From contig JAGCTY010000111.1 of NCBI GenBank assembly GCA_017963105.1, positions 4,943 through 68,942 on the forward strand: a stretch of DNA of 64,000 bases, given 5' to 3'. How positions within the stretch are numbered: the first letter of the stretch is position 1; the number at the start of each line of letters is the position of its first letter. The translations under genes and the position numbers were made by a program. Below the pieces are notes generated by a model. It did not search any database. It saw only the letters and a program-made list of their open reading frames with translations, and had not been told where the DNA came from. This DNA is from Lentisphaeria bacterium (GTDB taxonomy: Bacteria > Verrucomicrobiota > Lentisphaeria > Victivallales > UBA1829). Positions 25,830 through 35,270 of the stretch are shown here, in pieces.

Positions 25830-28256
25830 CTATCTGTCGGAGCCCTCACCCGTTTCGTCCTTGTCAAGACGGTGAACGTCCGTCAGAACGCCGTCGAACG
25901 TGTCCAGGATGGATTCGATGAACGGCTTCCGTTCCGTTTCGAGCCGCAGGGCTTCTGCATCCTCTTTCTGTTTGCGCTGCGCGGGCGTGACAAGCCCGGG
26001 ACGGCGTTCCACGTTCAGATACGCGCCCGGACGTTCCGCGATGGCGGAAAGCCTCATGTCGAGCAGAGGCTTTTCGCGCGAAACGAGGAAAAACTCTCCG
26101 GCGGAATACACGGAGTCGAACGCGACCTGAAGGCACGGGCCGTTGAACGAAATCACCTTGCCTGCGAGCATGGCCTCCGCGAGCATCTTCTTACAGAGCG
26201 TTTCGCGGACTTCGAGGATCAGCTTTTCCCAGATGACCGGGCCGGAAATCTCCTCGGATTCGGCATCGGCGTCTCTTTGGGCAGGCGCTGCTTCAGTGCG
26301 GCGGGCGCGGGGGACTTTGACCCGGACCGCATTTTCCTCCTCGGGCGGACGTTCTATGACCGGCTCGGAAACAATCTCGATCTGAGGTTCCGGCACAATC
26401 TCCGGAGCGGGCGGTTCGGAAACAACCTCGACTTGAGGTTCCGGCACGGGCTCCCGGACAGGTTCCGGCTTCACCTCATCCCGAGGCGTGGAAACAGGTT
26501 CCTGAACCGTCGGCGAGGAAACAACCTCGACTTGAGGTTCCGGCACGGGCGCCCGGACAGGTTCCGGCTTCACCTCATCCCGAGGCGCGGAAACAGGTTC
26601 CTGAACCGTCGGCGAGGAAACAACCTCGATCTGAGGCTCCGGCACGGGCTCCCGGACAGGTTCCGGCTTCACCTCATCCCGAGGCGCGGAAACAGGTTCC
26701 TGAACCGGCGGCGCGGAAACAACCTCGATCTGAGGTTCCGGCACGGGCTCCCGGACAGGTTCCGGCTTCGCCTCATCCCGAGGCGCGGAAACAACCTCGA
26801 CTTGAGGTTCCGGCACGGGCTCCCGGACAGGTTCCGGCTTCGCCTCATTCAGAGGTTCCTGCGCAGGAGCTACGGCAGAGGCTGCGGGGACGCCGTCAAC
26901 CGGCGTTTTTTTTTCCGGTTCGGGCGCAGACGGTTGAGCTTGCGGTGCAGACTGAAGCGGCGCCGGGGCCGACGGTTTCCCGATTTCGCTCACGGGAACG
27001 GACGGAATGGACGGCACGGCGAATTTCGAGCCGGGCGAAGTGAACGCCTGTCCCGCGGGGAGTTCGTAGAGGGGGACGACGGATTCGAGGGGCGCGAGTT
27101 CGCCGGCGGACCGGATCTGGTTGAGACGCGCGATGAGGTCGGCGATCTGGGGCGCGTGCGCAATGCGCATGGCCTTCAGGAGGATGGATTCGAGGAAGAC
27201 CTGCTTGTTGATGGCGTCGCGGAGAAGATAGCCCGCGCCGGAGATGCTTTCGAGGAGGCGCTGAACCGAGGCCGGGGCGACTGTGGCGGCAATGCGGCGG
27301 AAGGCGTCGATCTTCTCGGGGGTTTCGTCGAGCACGGAGACGGTATTGTCGCCGAGGATGCGACTGAGGAGGATTCCGCGGAGCCAGGAAATGATCTCCT
27401 CGAAAAGGGTTTCGAGGTTTTTGCCCTGTTCGGCGAAGTCGTGGATGTCGCGGATGACGGCGGCGCGGTCGTTGTGCGTGATGGAGTTCAGAAGCGACTC
27501 CATTTCGGCGGGTGCGGTGAGGCCGAAGAGATCGAGCGCCTGGTCCTCGGTGATGCCGGACTCGTCGCCGCCGAAGAAGGAAATGAGCTGGTCGAGCAGG
27601 GACTGCGCGTCACGCATTCCGCCGTCGGCCGCCTGGGCGATCACGTTGATCGCGGCATCGGAGATTCTGACGTTTTCGGCGTCGGCGATCATGCGGAGGC
27701 GCGCGGCGATGGCGGACTGCTGGATGCGGCGGAGATCGAACCTCTGGCAGCGGGAAATGACCGTGGGGAGGACCTTGTTGACCTCGGTGGTGGCGAAGAT
27801 GAACTTGGCGTGGGCGGGCGGCTCCTCAATGGTCTTGAGGAGGGCGTTCCATGCGCTCTTGGAGAGCATGTGGACTTCGTCGATGATGTAGATTTTGTAC
27901 TTGGACCGGATGGGGAGGTGCTGGACGTCCTCGCAGAGTTCGCGCGCCTTTTCGACCTGGGTGTGCGTGGCGGCGTCGATCTCGATCACGTCCACGTTGG
28001 TCTCGTCGGCGATGGACCGGCAGGATTCGCACTGGCAGCACGGTTCGCCGTCCTGCGGGTTTTCGCAGTTCAGGGCCTTGGCGAAGATGCGGGCCGTGGT
28101 GGTCTTCCCGATGCCGCGCGGGCCGACGAAAAGGTACGCGTGGGCGATGCGGCCGGAGCGCACGGCGTTTTTGAGCGTGCGCGCGATATGTTCCTGTCCG
28201 ACCATGTCGGAGAAGCGCTGCGGACGCCATTTTCTGGCGATTACCTGATAAGACAT
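25830..28256 (-). CDS. dnaX: DNA polymerase III subunits gamma/tau
   Basis: MSYQVIARKWRPQRFSDMVGQEH...GPRGIGKTT...IIDEVHMLS...SRCQRFDL clamp-loader motifs; 808 aa with a Pro-rich repeat insert. Confidence 0.93.
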   Translation of the reverse strand: MSYQVIARKWRPQRFSDMVGQEHIARTLKNAVRSGRIAHAYLFVGPRGIGKTTTARIFAKALNCENPQDGEPCCQCESCRSIADETNVDVIEIDAATHTQVEKARELCEDVQHLPIRSKYKIYIIDEVHMLSKSAWNALLKTIEEPPAHAKFIFATTEVNKVLPTVISRCQRFDLRRIQQSAIAARLRMIADAENVRISDAAINVIAQAADGGMRDAQSLLDQLISFFGGDESGITEDQALDLFGLTAPAEMESLLNSITHNDRAAVIRDIHDFAEQGKNLETLFEEIISWLRGILLSRILGDNTVSVLDETPEKIDAFRRIAATVAPASVQRLLESISGAGYLLRDAINKQVFLESILLKAMRIAHAPQIADLIARLNQIRSAGELAPLESVVPLYELPAGQAFTSPGSKFAVPSIPSVPVSEIGKPSAPAPLQSAPQAQPSAPEPEKKTPVDGVPAASAVAPAQEPLNEAKPEPVREPVPEPQVEVVSAPRDEAKPEPVREPVPEPQIEVVSAPPVQEPVSAPRDEVKPEPVREPVPEPQIEVVSSPTVQEPVSAPRDEVKPEPVRAPVPEPQVEVVSSPTVQEPVSTPRDEVKPEPVREPVPEPQVEVVSEPPAPEIVPEPQIEIVSEPVIERPPEEENAVRVKVPRARRTEAAPAQRDADAESEEISGPVIWEKLILEVRETLCKKMLAEAMLAGKVISFNGPCLQVAFDSVYSAGEFFLVSREKPLLDMRLSAIAERPGAYLNVERRPGLVTPAQRKQKEDAEALRLETERKPFIESILDTFDGVLTDVHRLDKDETGEGSDR
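26380..26860. repeat. 99-bp coding tandem repeat (about 5 units) in dnaX
   Basis: aaacaacctcga recurs at about 26421, 26520, 26619 and 26718. It encodes PRDE(V/A)KPEPVREPVPEPQ(I/V)EVVS(S/A)P(T/P)VQEPVS units. Confidence 0.8.
26906..26914 (-). other. A9 homopolymer in the dnaX coding strand: candidate -1 frameshift / transcriptional slippage site
   Basis: Coding strand reads ccg gaa aaa aaa acg ccg gtt gac. The -1 frame reads aac gcc ggt TGA (stop at 26898-26896). The +1 frame stops after 11 codons. Confidence 0.45.
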
Positions 28257-28292
28257 TGGTGCTGGTTCCTTCGGTTACGGGCGTCGCGCGGG

Positions 28293-29597
28293 TCACATGT
28301 GCCAGGTATTGAGGCGGACGGCCTGCCACAGGGAGCCGATCGGGTCGATTTTCTTGCGTTCCTTCACGGCCATGGGGATCGGCACGTGCGTGAAGGATTC
28401 GCTCCAGTGGCCGATGACGACGTCGGTGCGGCCGGTCATGGCGGCGTGGACTGCGTTCTGGGCGAGCATGAGACAGAAGACGGCATCGGTGCCGTTGGCC
28501 GCGCCCGCGCGAATCTGGTAGGTGGGGTCGAAATACTTCACGTTGACCTCGATCCCGGCATTCTTCGCCTGGCGTTTGATCTCGTCCTTGAGGAAGGTCC
28601 CGATATTCTTGTTGAGCAGGTTGCCGGACTTGTCGTATTCGCGTTCGCCGGGAATAAGCTCCTGTCCGGCGCCCTCGGCCACAATGATGACGGCGTGGTG
28701 GCGGCGGCGGATGCGTTCGAAGAGGAGCGGGATGAACGCGTTTTCGCCCTCGTTGAGGCTGAACTTGACCTCAGGGACGAGGCAGAAGTTGATGTGCGTG
28801 TTGGCGAGCGTGGCGTAGGCGGCGATGAATCCGCTGTCGCGGCCCATCACGTGGATCAGGCCGATGCCGTTGTATGCGCCCTTCGCCTCGTTGTGGGCGG
28901 CCGTGATGATCGGGTTCGTGGCGTACACGGCCGTCTCGAAACCGAACGTGCGGTCCATGAAGCAGATGTCGTTGTCGATCGTCTTCGGGATGCCGACCAC
29001 GCTGATCTTCAGGTTGCGTTTCTTCGCGGCCTCGGCGATGGCGTGGGCGCTGCGGAGCGTGCCGTCGCCGCCGATGCAGAACAGCATGTTGATGTCCATG
29101 CGGACGAGCGTTTCCAGCATCTTCTCGGGGTCCTGCGCGCCGCGCGAGGAGCCAAGGATGGTGCCCCCGGTCTCGTGGATGTTGTCGACCGTGTCCTCGT
29201 TCAAAATGACGGGCTGGTAGCCCAGGTCGGAATTGAGGCCGGCATAGCCGTAGGGAATGCCGTAGACCAGCGGCACGCCGTAGGTCTGGCGCAGAGTCAG
29301 GGTGAGGCCTTTGATCACGTCGTTCAGACCGGGGCAGAGACCGCCCGCGGTGAGGATGGCGGCCTTGCTCCAGCGCGGGTCATGGAAGATCATTTTGCGG
29401 ATGCCGGCGCGTTCGAACACCGGCACGCAGCCGTTCATGGCCTTTGTATGTTCGAGCAGGGCGGTATAGTCGCGGTCAAGCACGATTGCTTCGTCGTCGG
29501 TATGGAAATGGACCGGGCTGTCGATGAGCGGGGATTTGATCTGGCATTCGCCGAGTTTGCTTACTTCAAAGAATTTGGGGCTGACGGTCGCTGGCAT
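28293..29597 (-). CDS. pfkA: 6-phosphofructokinase (long, plant/group-III-like type)
   Basis: AILTAGGLCPGLNDVI, CIGGDGTLRSA, GIPKTIDNDI, MGRDSGFIA; 434 aa. Confidence 0.88.
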   Translation of the reverse strand: MPATVSPKFFEVSKLGECQIKSPLIDSPVHFHTDDEAIVLDRDYTALLEHTKAMNGCVPVFERAGIRKMIFHDPRWSKAAILTAGGLCPGLNDVIKGLTLTLRQTYGVPLVYGIPYGYAGLNSDLGYQPVILNEDTVDNIHETGGTILGSSRGAQDPEKMLETLVRMDINMLFCIGGDGTLRSAHAIAEAAKKRNLKISVVGIPKTIDNDICFMDRTFGFETAVYATNPIITAAHNEAKGAYNGIGLIHVMGRDSGFIAAYATLANTHINFCLVPEVKFSLNEGENAFIPLLFERIRRRHHAVIIVAEGAGQELIPGEREYDKSGNLLNKNIGTFLKDEIKRQAKNAGIEVNVKYFDPTYQIRAGAANGTDAVFCLMLAQNAVHAAMTGRTDVVIGHWSESFTHVPIPMAVKERKKIDPIGSLWQAVRLNTWHM

Positions 29598-29759
29598 GGG
29601 GAATGATCCTTCCGTAATGCGGGTACAGGGTTGTCTTTAAATTAAGATTCAAAAGAGAATATATATCCGGTTCGGACGGTTTTCAAGGCGGTTTCCCGAA
29701 AAAAACGCGTTTTCACACCGTCCCTCCGCTCTCCTTTTCAAAATAATCCCGGACACGGT

Positions 29760-29787
29760 TTGATTTTTTTCCTCCGTATGCTACATT
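29760..29787 (+). promoter_or_regulatory. Putative sigma70-type promoter of the lipoprotein gene
   Basis: TTGATT (29760-29765), 16-nt spacer, TACATT (29782-29787) preceded by TGC. Confidence 0.35.
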
Positions 29788-29837
29788 ATTATGATAACAA
29801 CAAAAACACCCTCAGCTCCATCGGAAAGGTGAAAACC

Positions 29838-30359
29838 ATGTCACAGTTATTCTCCACGCGGATCGCCGCCCTCCTCATCCTGTCCGCCGTCCTCCTGTCC
29901 GCAATCCCCGGATGCACCAAACGCATCGACACCTCGACCGAGGACAAATACTACAAGACGCTGACCGAGGTCATGGATTCCCTGCCCGCCTCAAAGCACC
30001 GCGAGTTCGACGAGGGCATGTCCACGATCTGGTTCTACTCCGAGTCCGACGACGCCACGAACGCCATGCTCAACGGCAAGTCGGGGAAAGAGATCCTCGC
30101 GCTCGTCGAGGAGATGAAAGCCTCTCTCCCGAAGCTCGATACATCCTCCAAGGAAGCATACGACGACTCCCTTGCAAAAATGAAGGCCGGCCTCCCGAAG
30201 ACCAAAGTCTCCACTTTCAACGACTGGCTGAAGGGAATGCCCGCGTACCGCAAGGGCAACCCGAAAATCGAATCCCTGAACGGCATGACCTTCCAGAAAA
30301 TCGTCGAAAACCTCGATTTCGTCAACAGCCAGAATCCCGGAGTCCAGGTCCAGCAGTAA
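29838..30359 (+). CDS. Hypothetical lipoprotein
   Basis: MSQLFSTRIAALLILSAVLLSAIPGC lipobox. ATG 29838 lies in frame in track ORF 29760..30359. Confidence 0.6.
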   Translation: MSQLFSTRIAALLILSAVLLSAIPGCTKRIDTSTEDKYYKTLTEVMDSLPASKHREFDEGMSTIWFYSESDDATNAMLNGKSGKEILALVEEMKASLPKLDTSSKEAYDDSLAKMKAGLPKTKVSTFNDWLKGMPAYRKGNPKIESLNGMTFQKIVENLDFVNSQNPGVQVQQ

Positions 30360-30472
30360 GCTGCGCTGAAAACGTTCCGGATGCCCCGTATGACGGGGGT
30401 GTTTCTGCGAACGCGAAGATCGGTTGCCGGCTCGCCGGCCCTTCCCCACAGCCGTGGGGGCTCTTTCCCCCG

Positions 30473-30632
30473 TGTGCCCGAGCGGAGCCGGACACTGCAT
30501 CAGCACCCCTTGGGGTGTGCCCGAGCAAAGCTGGACACTGCATCAGCACCCCTTGGGGTATGCCCGAGCAAAGCTGGACAATGCATCAGCTCCCCTTGGG
30601 GTGTGCCCGAGCGGAGCCGGGCACTGCATCAG
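30473..30632. repeat. Intergenic tandem repeat, 43-bp unit x about 3.7 (REP-like), related to the 6781 repeat in opposite orientation
   Basis: t(g/a)tgc starts at 30473, 30516, 30559 and 30602. Unit tgtgcccgagc(gg/aa)agc(c/t)ggacactgcatcagcaccccttgggg. Confidence 0.85.
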
Positions 30633-30740
30633 TGGAGGCCCCGCCTCCCCGTTCTTTTCTCATTTTTATGAAAAAAACGTCGCTTCGCTTGCTTTTTCCC
30701 TGTTTGCGGGGTATATTATTCAGCACTTTTTTTGAAAACC

Positions 30741-30831
30741 GGAGAGATGGCTGAGCGGTCGAAGGCGGCGGTCTCGAAAACCGTTAACGGGATATTCCCG
30801 TTCGGGGGTTCGAATCCCCCTCTCTCCGCCA
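30741..30831 (+). tRNA. tRNA-Ser (anticodon CGA), CCA encoded
   Basis: Hand-folded: acceptor GGAGAGA/TCTCTCC, anticodon arm GCGGT-CTCGAAA-ACCGT, long variable arm, T-arm GGGGG-TTCGAAT-CCCCC, then discriminator G and CCA. Confidence 0.9.
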
Positions 30832-31207
30832 TTTTTATGCTCAGATTTTGAGATTTCCCCATTTCTTCCCCGTTTTCGTGTTTCTTTCCGACGGAACAGT
30901 CGAAGGCAGAAAACCTTCAACCGTATCGTCGAACGCAACTCCGAGGCGAAGTTTTCAAGCCCGACAAACCGCGATGCGCTTTCCGGAGCACGACCATTTT
31001 GCATGGCCTGGACAGCGGCAACGCATTTCCTTCCGGGCGGTGCTGTCCGGCGACCTCATTCCGGGCTCGATTTTCCGGAGAGAGTCTTTCCCCCGCAAGC
31101 TGTGCGCGGAGAACCGTTTTGAGCGGGCGCAAGGAGGCAAAACTCTTGCAGCAACAACCACCGAAATACTGCGACTCTTTTTTTCAAAACGATATCGCGG
31201 AACAAAC

Positions 31208-31235
31208 TTGAAAAGCTGTTGAAAGATGCTATAGT
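31208..31235 (+). promoter_or_regulatory. Putative sigma70-type promoter about 200 nt upstream of the sugar-modification cluster
   Basis: TTGAAA (31208-31213), 16-nt spacer, TATAGT (31230-31235) preceded by TGC. Confidence 0.4.
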
Positions 31236-31433
31236 AATACATTGTCGGCCCTCCTGTGCTTGTAATGAGGCTGTTAGCGCGCTTTACCACAACGCAGGAG
31301 CCGTTTTGTCAATCATAATCCGCAAACATTTTTGGACAACGGTGTGGATAACAACAGAAAGACCAGGTGTCACACGGAAAAAGGTACTTAGTCCAACTCA
31401 TATCAACATCGGCACCATCGTGACAGTAACATT

Positions 31434-32576
31434 ATGAAAATGCAAAACAAAAAACTGGCTATTATTGGTGCAAGCTATTTGCAGCTTCCACTGGTCCTGA
31501 AGGCGAAGGAACTCGGAGTTGAAACGATCTGTTTCGCGTGGGAACAAGGAGCGGTCTGTCGTGATCACGTTGATCGTTTTTATCCTATTTCCAGCATAGA
31601 GAAGGAAAAAATCCTCGATGTCTGCCGGGAAGAAAGAATTGACGGGATTACCACAATCGCAACAGATATCGCGGTTCCGACGGTCAACTATGTCGCGCAC
31701 GAACTCGGCTTGATCGGGAACAGCATTGAAACCGGGTATATTGCCACAAACAAATATGCCATGCGTGAGGCATTGAAAAAAGGCGGTTGCAGTTGCCCAT
31801 TCTTTCAAAAGATTACAAGTGTTTCCGATGCGCTTGAAGCAATCAAATATACAACATTCCCTGTAATCATCAAGCCGTGCGACCGTTCCGGCAGCATGGG
31901 CGTCACCAAGGTCGACAAAATGGAAGATCTGTCCGAGGCTGCGGAATGGGCGCTTGAATGTTCGCTGTGCAAGGAAGCGGTCTTGGAGAAATTCGTTGAC
32001 ATCGCGCACGAAATAAGCGTGGAAGGTATTTCCTGGCACGGGGAACACCATGTATTGGCGATTACGGATAAAGTGACAAACGGTCCGCCGCATTTTGTGG
32101 AAATCGGGCAGCATCAGCCGTCTCGGTTGCCGCAATCTATTTTGGATGAAGCGGTCCGCCAGGTCAAACTCGGAGTCAAGGCTCTCGGCATCGAATATGG
32201 GGCTTCGCACCCGGAATTGATGATTTCAAAGGACGGGAAAGTCTATATTACGGAAATCGGAGCTCGTATGGGGGGAGGTTTTATCGGTTCGGACCTGGTA
32301 TATCTCTCGACCGGCTATGATTTTCTGAAAGGCGTTATTGAGATTGCGTTCGGAGAGTTTTCCGGTGTTCGATTTGGAGAAAAGCATCATGCGGGCATCT
32401 GGTTTTATACTCCTGATACTCTTCGAGTAAAAGATATCATCCGGCACCGGCCTCAATATCCGTGGATCGTTCGTTTTGAACTGCATGAAGACGAGCTCAA
32501 ACCGCTGACGCGCAGCGCCGACCGGGCAGGGTATTTCATTTATCAGAGCGACAGAAAAATCACTTTGGAGGAATAA
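31434..32576 (+). CDS. ATP-grasp domain enzyme
   Basis: 380 aa with KLAIIGASYLQLPLV..., NKYAMREAL, FPVIIKPCDRSGSMGV, ISVEG...HFVEIGQHQP, ITEIGARMGG. ATP-grasp ligase layout. Confidence 0.8.
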   Translation: MKMQNKKLAIIGASYLQLPLVLKAKELGVETICFAWEQGAVCRDHVDRFYPISSIEKEKILDVCREERIDGITTIATDIAVPTVNYVAHELGLIGNSIETGYIATNKYAMREALKKGGCSCPFFQKITSVSDALEAIKYTTFPVIIKPCDRSGSMGVTKVDKMEDLSEAAEWALECSLCKEAVLEKFVDIAHEISVEGISWHGEHHVLAITDKVTNGPPHFVEIGQHQPSRLPQSILDEAVRQVKLGVKALGIEYGASHPELMISKDGKVYITEIGARMGGGFIGSDLVYLSTGYDFLKGVIEIAFGEFSGVRFGEKHHAGIWFYTPDTLRVKDIIRHRPQYPWIVRFELHEDELKPLTRSADRAGYFIYQSDRKITLEE

Positions 32577-32578
32577 CC

Positions 32579-33571
32579 ATGAAAAAAATACTTGTCTTTG
32601 GAGCATACGGAAGCATTGGCCTGTATTTGGTCGAGTACCTGAGAGACCATCTGAATCCACAGGAATATCAGATCGTTGCGGCGGGAAGAAGAGACACGAC
32701 GTTCTTCAGCAAATACAACATCGATTACTTTCAGGTTGACGTTCAAAACCGGATTGATTTCAATAAGCTTCCATCCAATGATGTTTACGCCGTGATTCAT
32801 CTGGCTAATATGCTCCCTTCCAAAATGGACACATACGATCCCTATCTGTACTTGAACGTCAATACGATTGGAACTTTGAATGTTTTGGAATATATGCGAA
32901 GAGTCAAGGCAAAGCGTATTTTGTTTACACAAACATATGCCGACCTCGGAGGACATTGGGGGAAAGAACTTGTCTTGAGGAATTCTCTCCCCAGGAAAAT
33001 GAATTATCGCGGGGACCATGCGGTATATGCCATCTCGAAGTGTGCGGCAGTAGACCTGATGGAGCATTATCATCAGGAATTCGGAATTGAGAATTATGTT
33101 TTCCGGCTGCCGAACATCTATATGTATTCCCCCAAAAAATACTACTATGTCGATGGACGCAAGACTCTTATTTCGTATAGATATATGATAGAACAAGCCA
33201 TAAAGGGGGAACCGATCGAATTGTGGGGGAATCCTGATTTGGGGAGGGATATCGTTTACATAAAGGACCTGTGCCAGATGATGTATCTCGCCCTGCTTTG
33301 CAAGCGCGATACGGGCACATATAATGTTGGAACGGGAAAGATGACGACCATGCGAGAGCAAATCGAAGGGATCATCGAAGTTTTTTCTCCGGACGGCAAG
33401 AAGTCCCGGATCATTCCCCGGCCGGAAAAAAGGAATTCCATGTCGTATGTCATGGATATCAGTGAGGCGCGGGAAGAACTGGGCTATATTCCGAAATACG
33501 ACTACATTTCGTATCTTAACGATTACAAAAAAGAAATGCTATCCAAACGTTGGGAAGGAATTGTGATATGA
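32579..33571 (+). CDS. NAD-dependent epimerase/dehydratase (extended SDR)
   Basis: KILVFGAYGSIGLYL (GxxGxxG) and YAISKCAA (YxxxK). Confidence 0.85.
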   Translation: MKKILVFGAYGSIGLYLVEYLRDHLNPQEYQIVAAGRRDTTFFSKYNIDYFQVDVQNRIDFNKLPSNDVYAVIHLANMLPSKMDTYDPYLYLNVNTIGTLNVLEYMRRVKAKRILFTQTYADLGGHWGKELVLRNSLPRKMNYRGDHAVYAISKCAAVDLMEHYHQEFGIENYVFRLPNIYMYSPKKYYYVDGRKTLISYRYMIEQAIKGEPIELWGNPDLGRDIVYIKDLCQMMYLALLCKRDTGTYNVGTGKMTTMREQIEGIIEVFSPDGKKSRIIPRPEKRNSMSYVMDISEAREELGYIPKYDYISYLNDYKKEMLSKRWEGIVI

Positions 33572-34515
33572 TTTTGCTTTCTTTTGTCATTCCGTGTTAC
33601 GGCAGTGAAAAAACGATCGAGTCCGTTTACAAGGAGATATCTTCGAAGGTTGCGGAAAAGCCCGAGTACGACTACGAAATCATTGCCGTAAACGACTGCT
33701 CCCCGGATGGCGTTTTGAGCGTTCTGTATCACTTGAATGCACAAAATAACAAATTCAAGGTGATCAATCTTGCCCGCAACATGAATCGGCTCGGAGCAGT
33801 TATGGCTGGCCTGAACAGCACATCCGGAGATATTGTCATCGTGATGGATGATGACGGACAATGCCCAGTGGAAAGATTATGGGATTTGCTGGAACCTCTG
33901 GATCATGGATTTGATGTTTCCATAGCAAAGTATCCACAGCACAAACAGACTTTGTTCAAGCATTTTGGCACCTGGGTCAACAAGAAAATGACAGAAATCG
34001 TCCTGAAACGGCCTCCCGATCTGGAATTCACAAATTTTACCGCAATGAAGAAATACATAGCCCGGGAAATCATTCAGTATCCGAATCCATACCCATACAT
34101 GACGGGCCTGTTATTGCGGACGACAAAGTACATTACGAATGTCGTCATGGAAGAGCGCGAACGTTTTTCCGGCAAAACGACTTTTACATTCCGCAAAATG
34201 TTTTCCATGTGGATCAACGGATTAACCGCTTTTTCCGTTTTGCCTTTGCGGATCGCCACATTTCTTGGATTCGTCGTTTCCACAACAGGTTTTCTATTGG
34301 GACTCATTTTTATCATCAGAAAGCTTATTCGGCCGGACATTGCGGCAGGCTACAGTTCGATCATCGTCAGTATCTTCATCCTGGACGGCATTGTTCTGCT
34401 GATATTAGGGATGGTCGGCGAATATATCGGGAGAATCTACATTTGCCTGAACAAATCGCCGCAATATGTCATTAAGGACAAAGTCGGCTTTGAGGACCGG
34501 GAAAAAGAAAAATGA
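33568..34515 (+). CDS. Polyprenyl-phosphate glycosyltransferase, GT2 (ArnC/GtrB/DPM1-like)
   Basis: LSFVIPCYGSEKTI...AVNDCSPDG...VIVMDDDGQ, plus two C-terminal TM helices. ATGA-coupled start at 33568. Confidence 0.85.
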   Translation: MILLSFVIPCYGSEKTIESVYKEISSKVAEKPEYDYEIIAVNDCSPDGVLSVLYHLNAQNNKFKVINLARNMNRLGAVMAGLNSTSGDIVIVMDDDGQCPVERLWDLLEPLDHGFDVSIAKYPQHKQTLFKHFGTWVNKKMTEIVLKRPPDLEFTNFTAMKKYIAREIIQYPNPYPYMTGLLLRTTKYITNVVMEERERFSGKTTFTFRKMFSMWINGLTAFSVLPLRIATFLGFVVSTTGFLLGLIFIIRKLIRPDIAAGYSSIIVSIFILDGIVLLILGMVGEYIGRIYICLNKSPQYVIKDKVGFEDREKEK

Positions 34516-34904
34516 TCAGGAATGCCATAAAAGCGACCTTGAAGCTGCAGCCGGTAGTCCTTCTTTTCAGTTGCGTTTCGATAATCGGGAAGTTTGCTTC
34601 CAGGCAGATTCCGACAGATGCAACCTCCTTTTCAGATTTTGTTATCCGTTGTTTCGGCAATTGGAGATTGATCCTTCTGTTCGGAACCATGATTCTTCTG
34701 CTGGGAATCTATGCTGTCATCTGGCAAATCATCATCAGGAAATCGAAGATTGCAATCGTATATGCCAATAAAGCCACATACCTGTTCTGGACACAACTTG
34801 CGGCTGTTGCAGTCTTTGGAGAACATTTATCCTTTTATAATGTGATCGGGATCGCCATTATTTTCACAGGCGTGATCCTCGGCAATTCGGAGGTCGCAAA
34901 ATGA
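34512..34904 (+). CDS. Small 4-TM DMT/EamA-half membrane protein (ArnE/ArnF-like flippase subunit candidate)
   Basis: 130 aa, four hydrophobic segments, ATGA-coupled on both sides. Confidence 0.65.
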   Translation: MIRNAIKATLKLQPVVLLFSCVSIIGKFASRQIPTDATSFSDFVIRCFGNWRLILLFGTMILLLGIYAVIWQIIIRKSKIAIVYANKATYLFWTQLAAVAVFGEHLSFYNVIGIAIIFTGVILGNSEVAK

Positions 34905-35257
34905 AGATGTCGATTTGTGTCGGGATCATGGTTTTGAGCGCATTCCTTGCGGCCTTTGCCCAAATGCTTCTCAAGAAGAGCGCGGATGAGCCGCACGCCA
35001 GCCTTTTAGGCAATTATCTGAACGTGAAAGTCATATCCGGTTATTCGATCTTTTTTCTGACACTGGTCATGAACATTTATGCATATACTTCCGTGCCGTA
35101 TAAATATGGCGCCGTCATCAATGCGTTTTCCTATACCTTTGCATTGATTTTATCCGTTTTCTTTCTCAAGGACAAGATTACCTGGCGGGCCGTATGCGGA
35201 AACCTGCTGATCGTCCTTGGGATCGCCGTTTACTCTTTCGATCATTTCATTCCATGA
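34901..35257 (+). CDS. Small 4-TM DMT/EamA-half membrane protein (ArnE/ArnF-like flippase subunit candidate)
   Basis: 118 aa, four hydrophobic segments, paired with the preceding gene. Confidence 0.65.
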   Translation: MKMSICVGIMVLSAFLAAFAQMLLKKSADEPHASLLGNYLNVKVISGYSIFFLTLVMNIYAYTSVPYKYGAVINAFSYTFALILSVFFLKDKITWRAVCGNLLIVLGIAVYSFDHFIP

Positions 35258-35270
35258 TTAGGAGTTTCTC

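Noticed and set aside
25872-29606. 1244-aa ORF on the plus strand spanning dnaX and pfk
   Set aside because: It is antisense to two genes with clear family motifs. Its translation is Arg/Gly/Asp/Leu-rich low complexity, typical of stop-poor antisense frames in high-GC DNA.
31343-31351. Perfect DnaA-box consensus TGTGGATAA in the leader of the sugar cluster
   Set aside because: It is a single isolated occurrence with no cluster of boxes and no AT-rich unwinding element beside it. Chance occurrence is likely.
30832-31433. Integrative element at tRNA-Ser
   Set aside because: There is no integrase or recombinase ORF, and no direct repeat of the tRNA 3' end was seen at about 35.26 kb or 38.2 kb. 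Only the compositional shift supports foreign origin.
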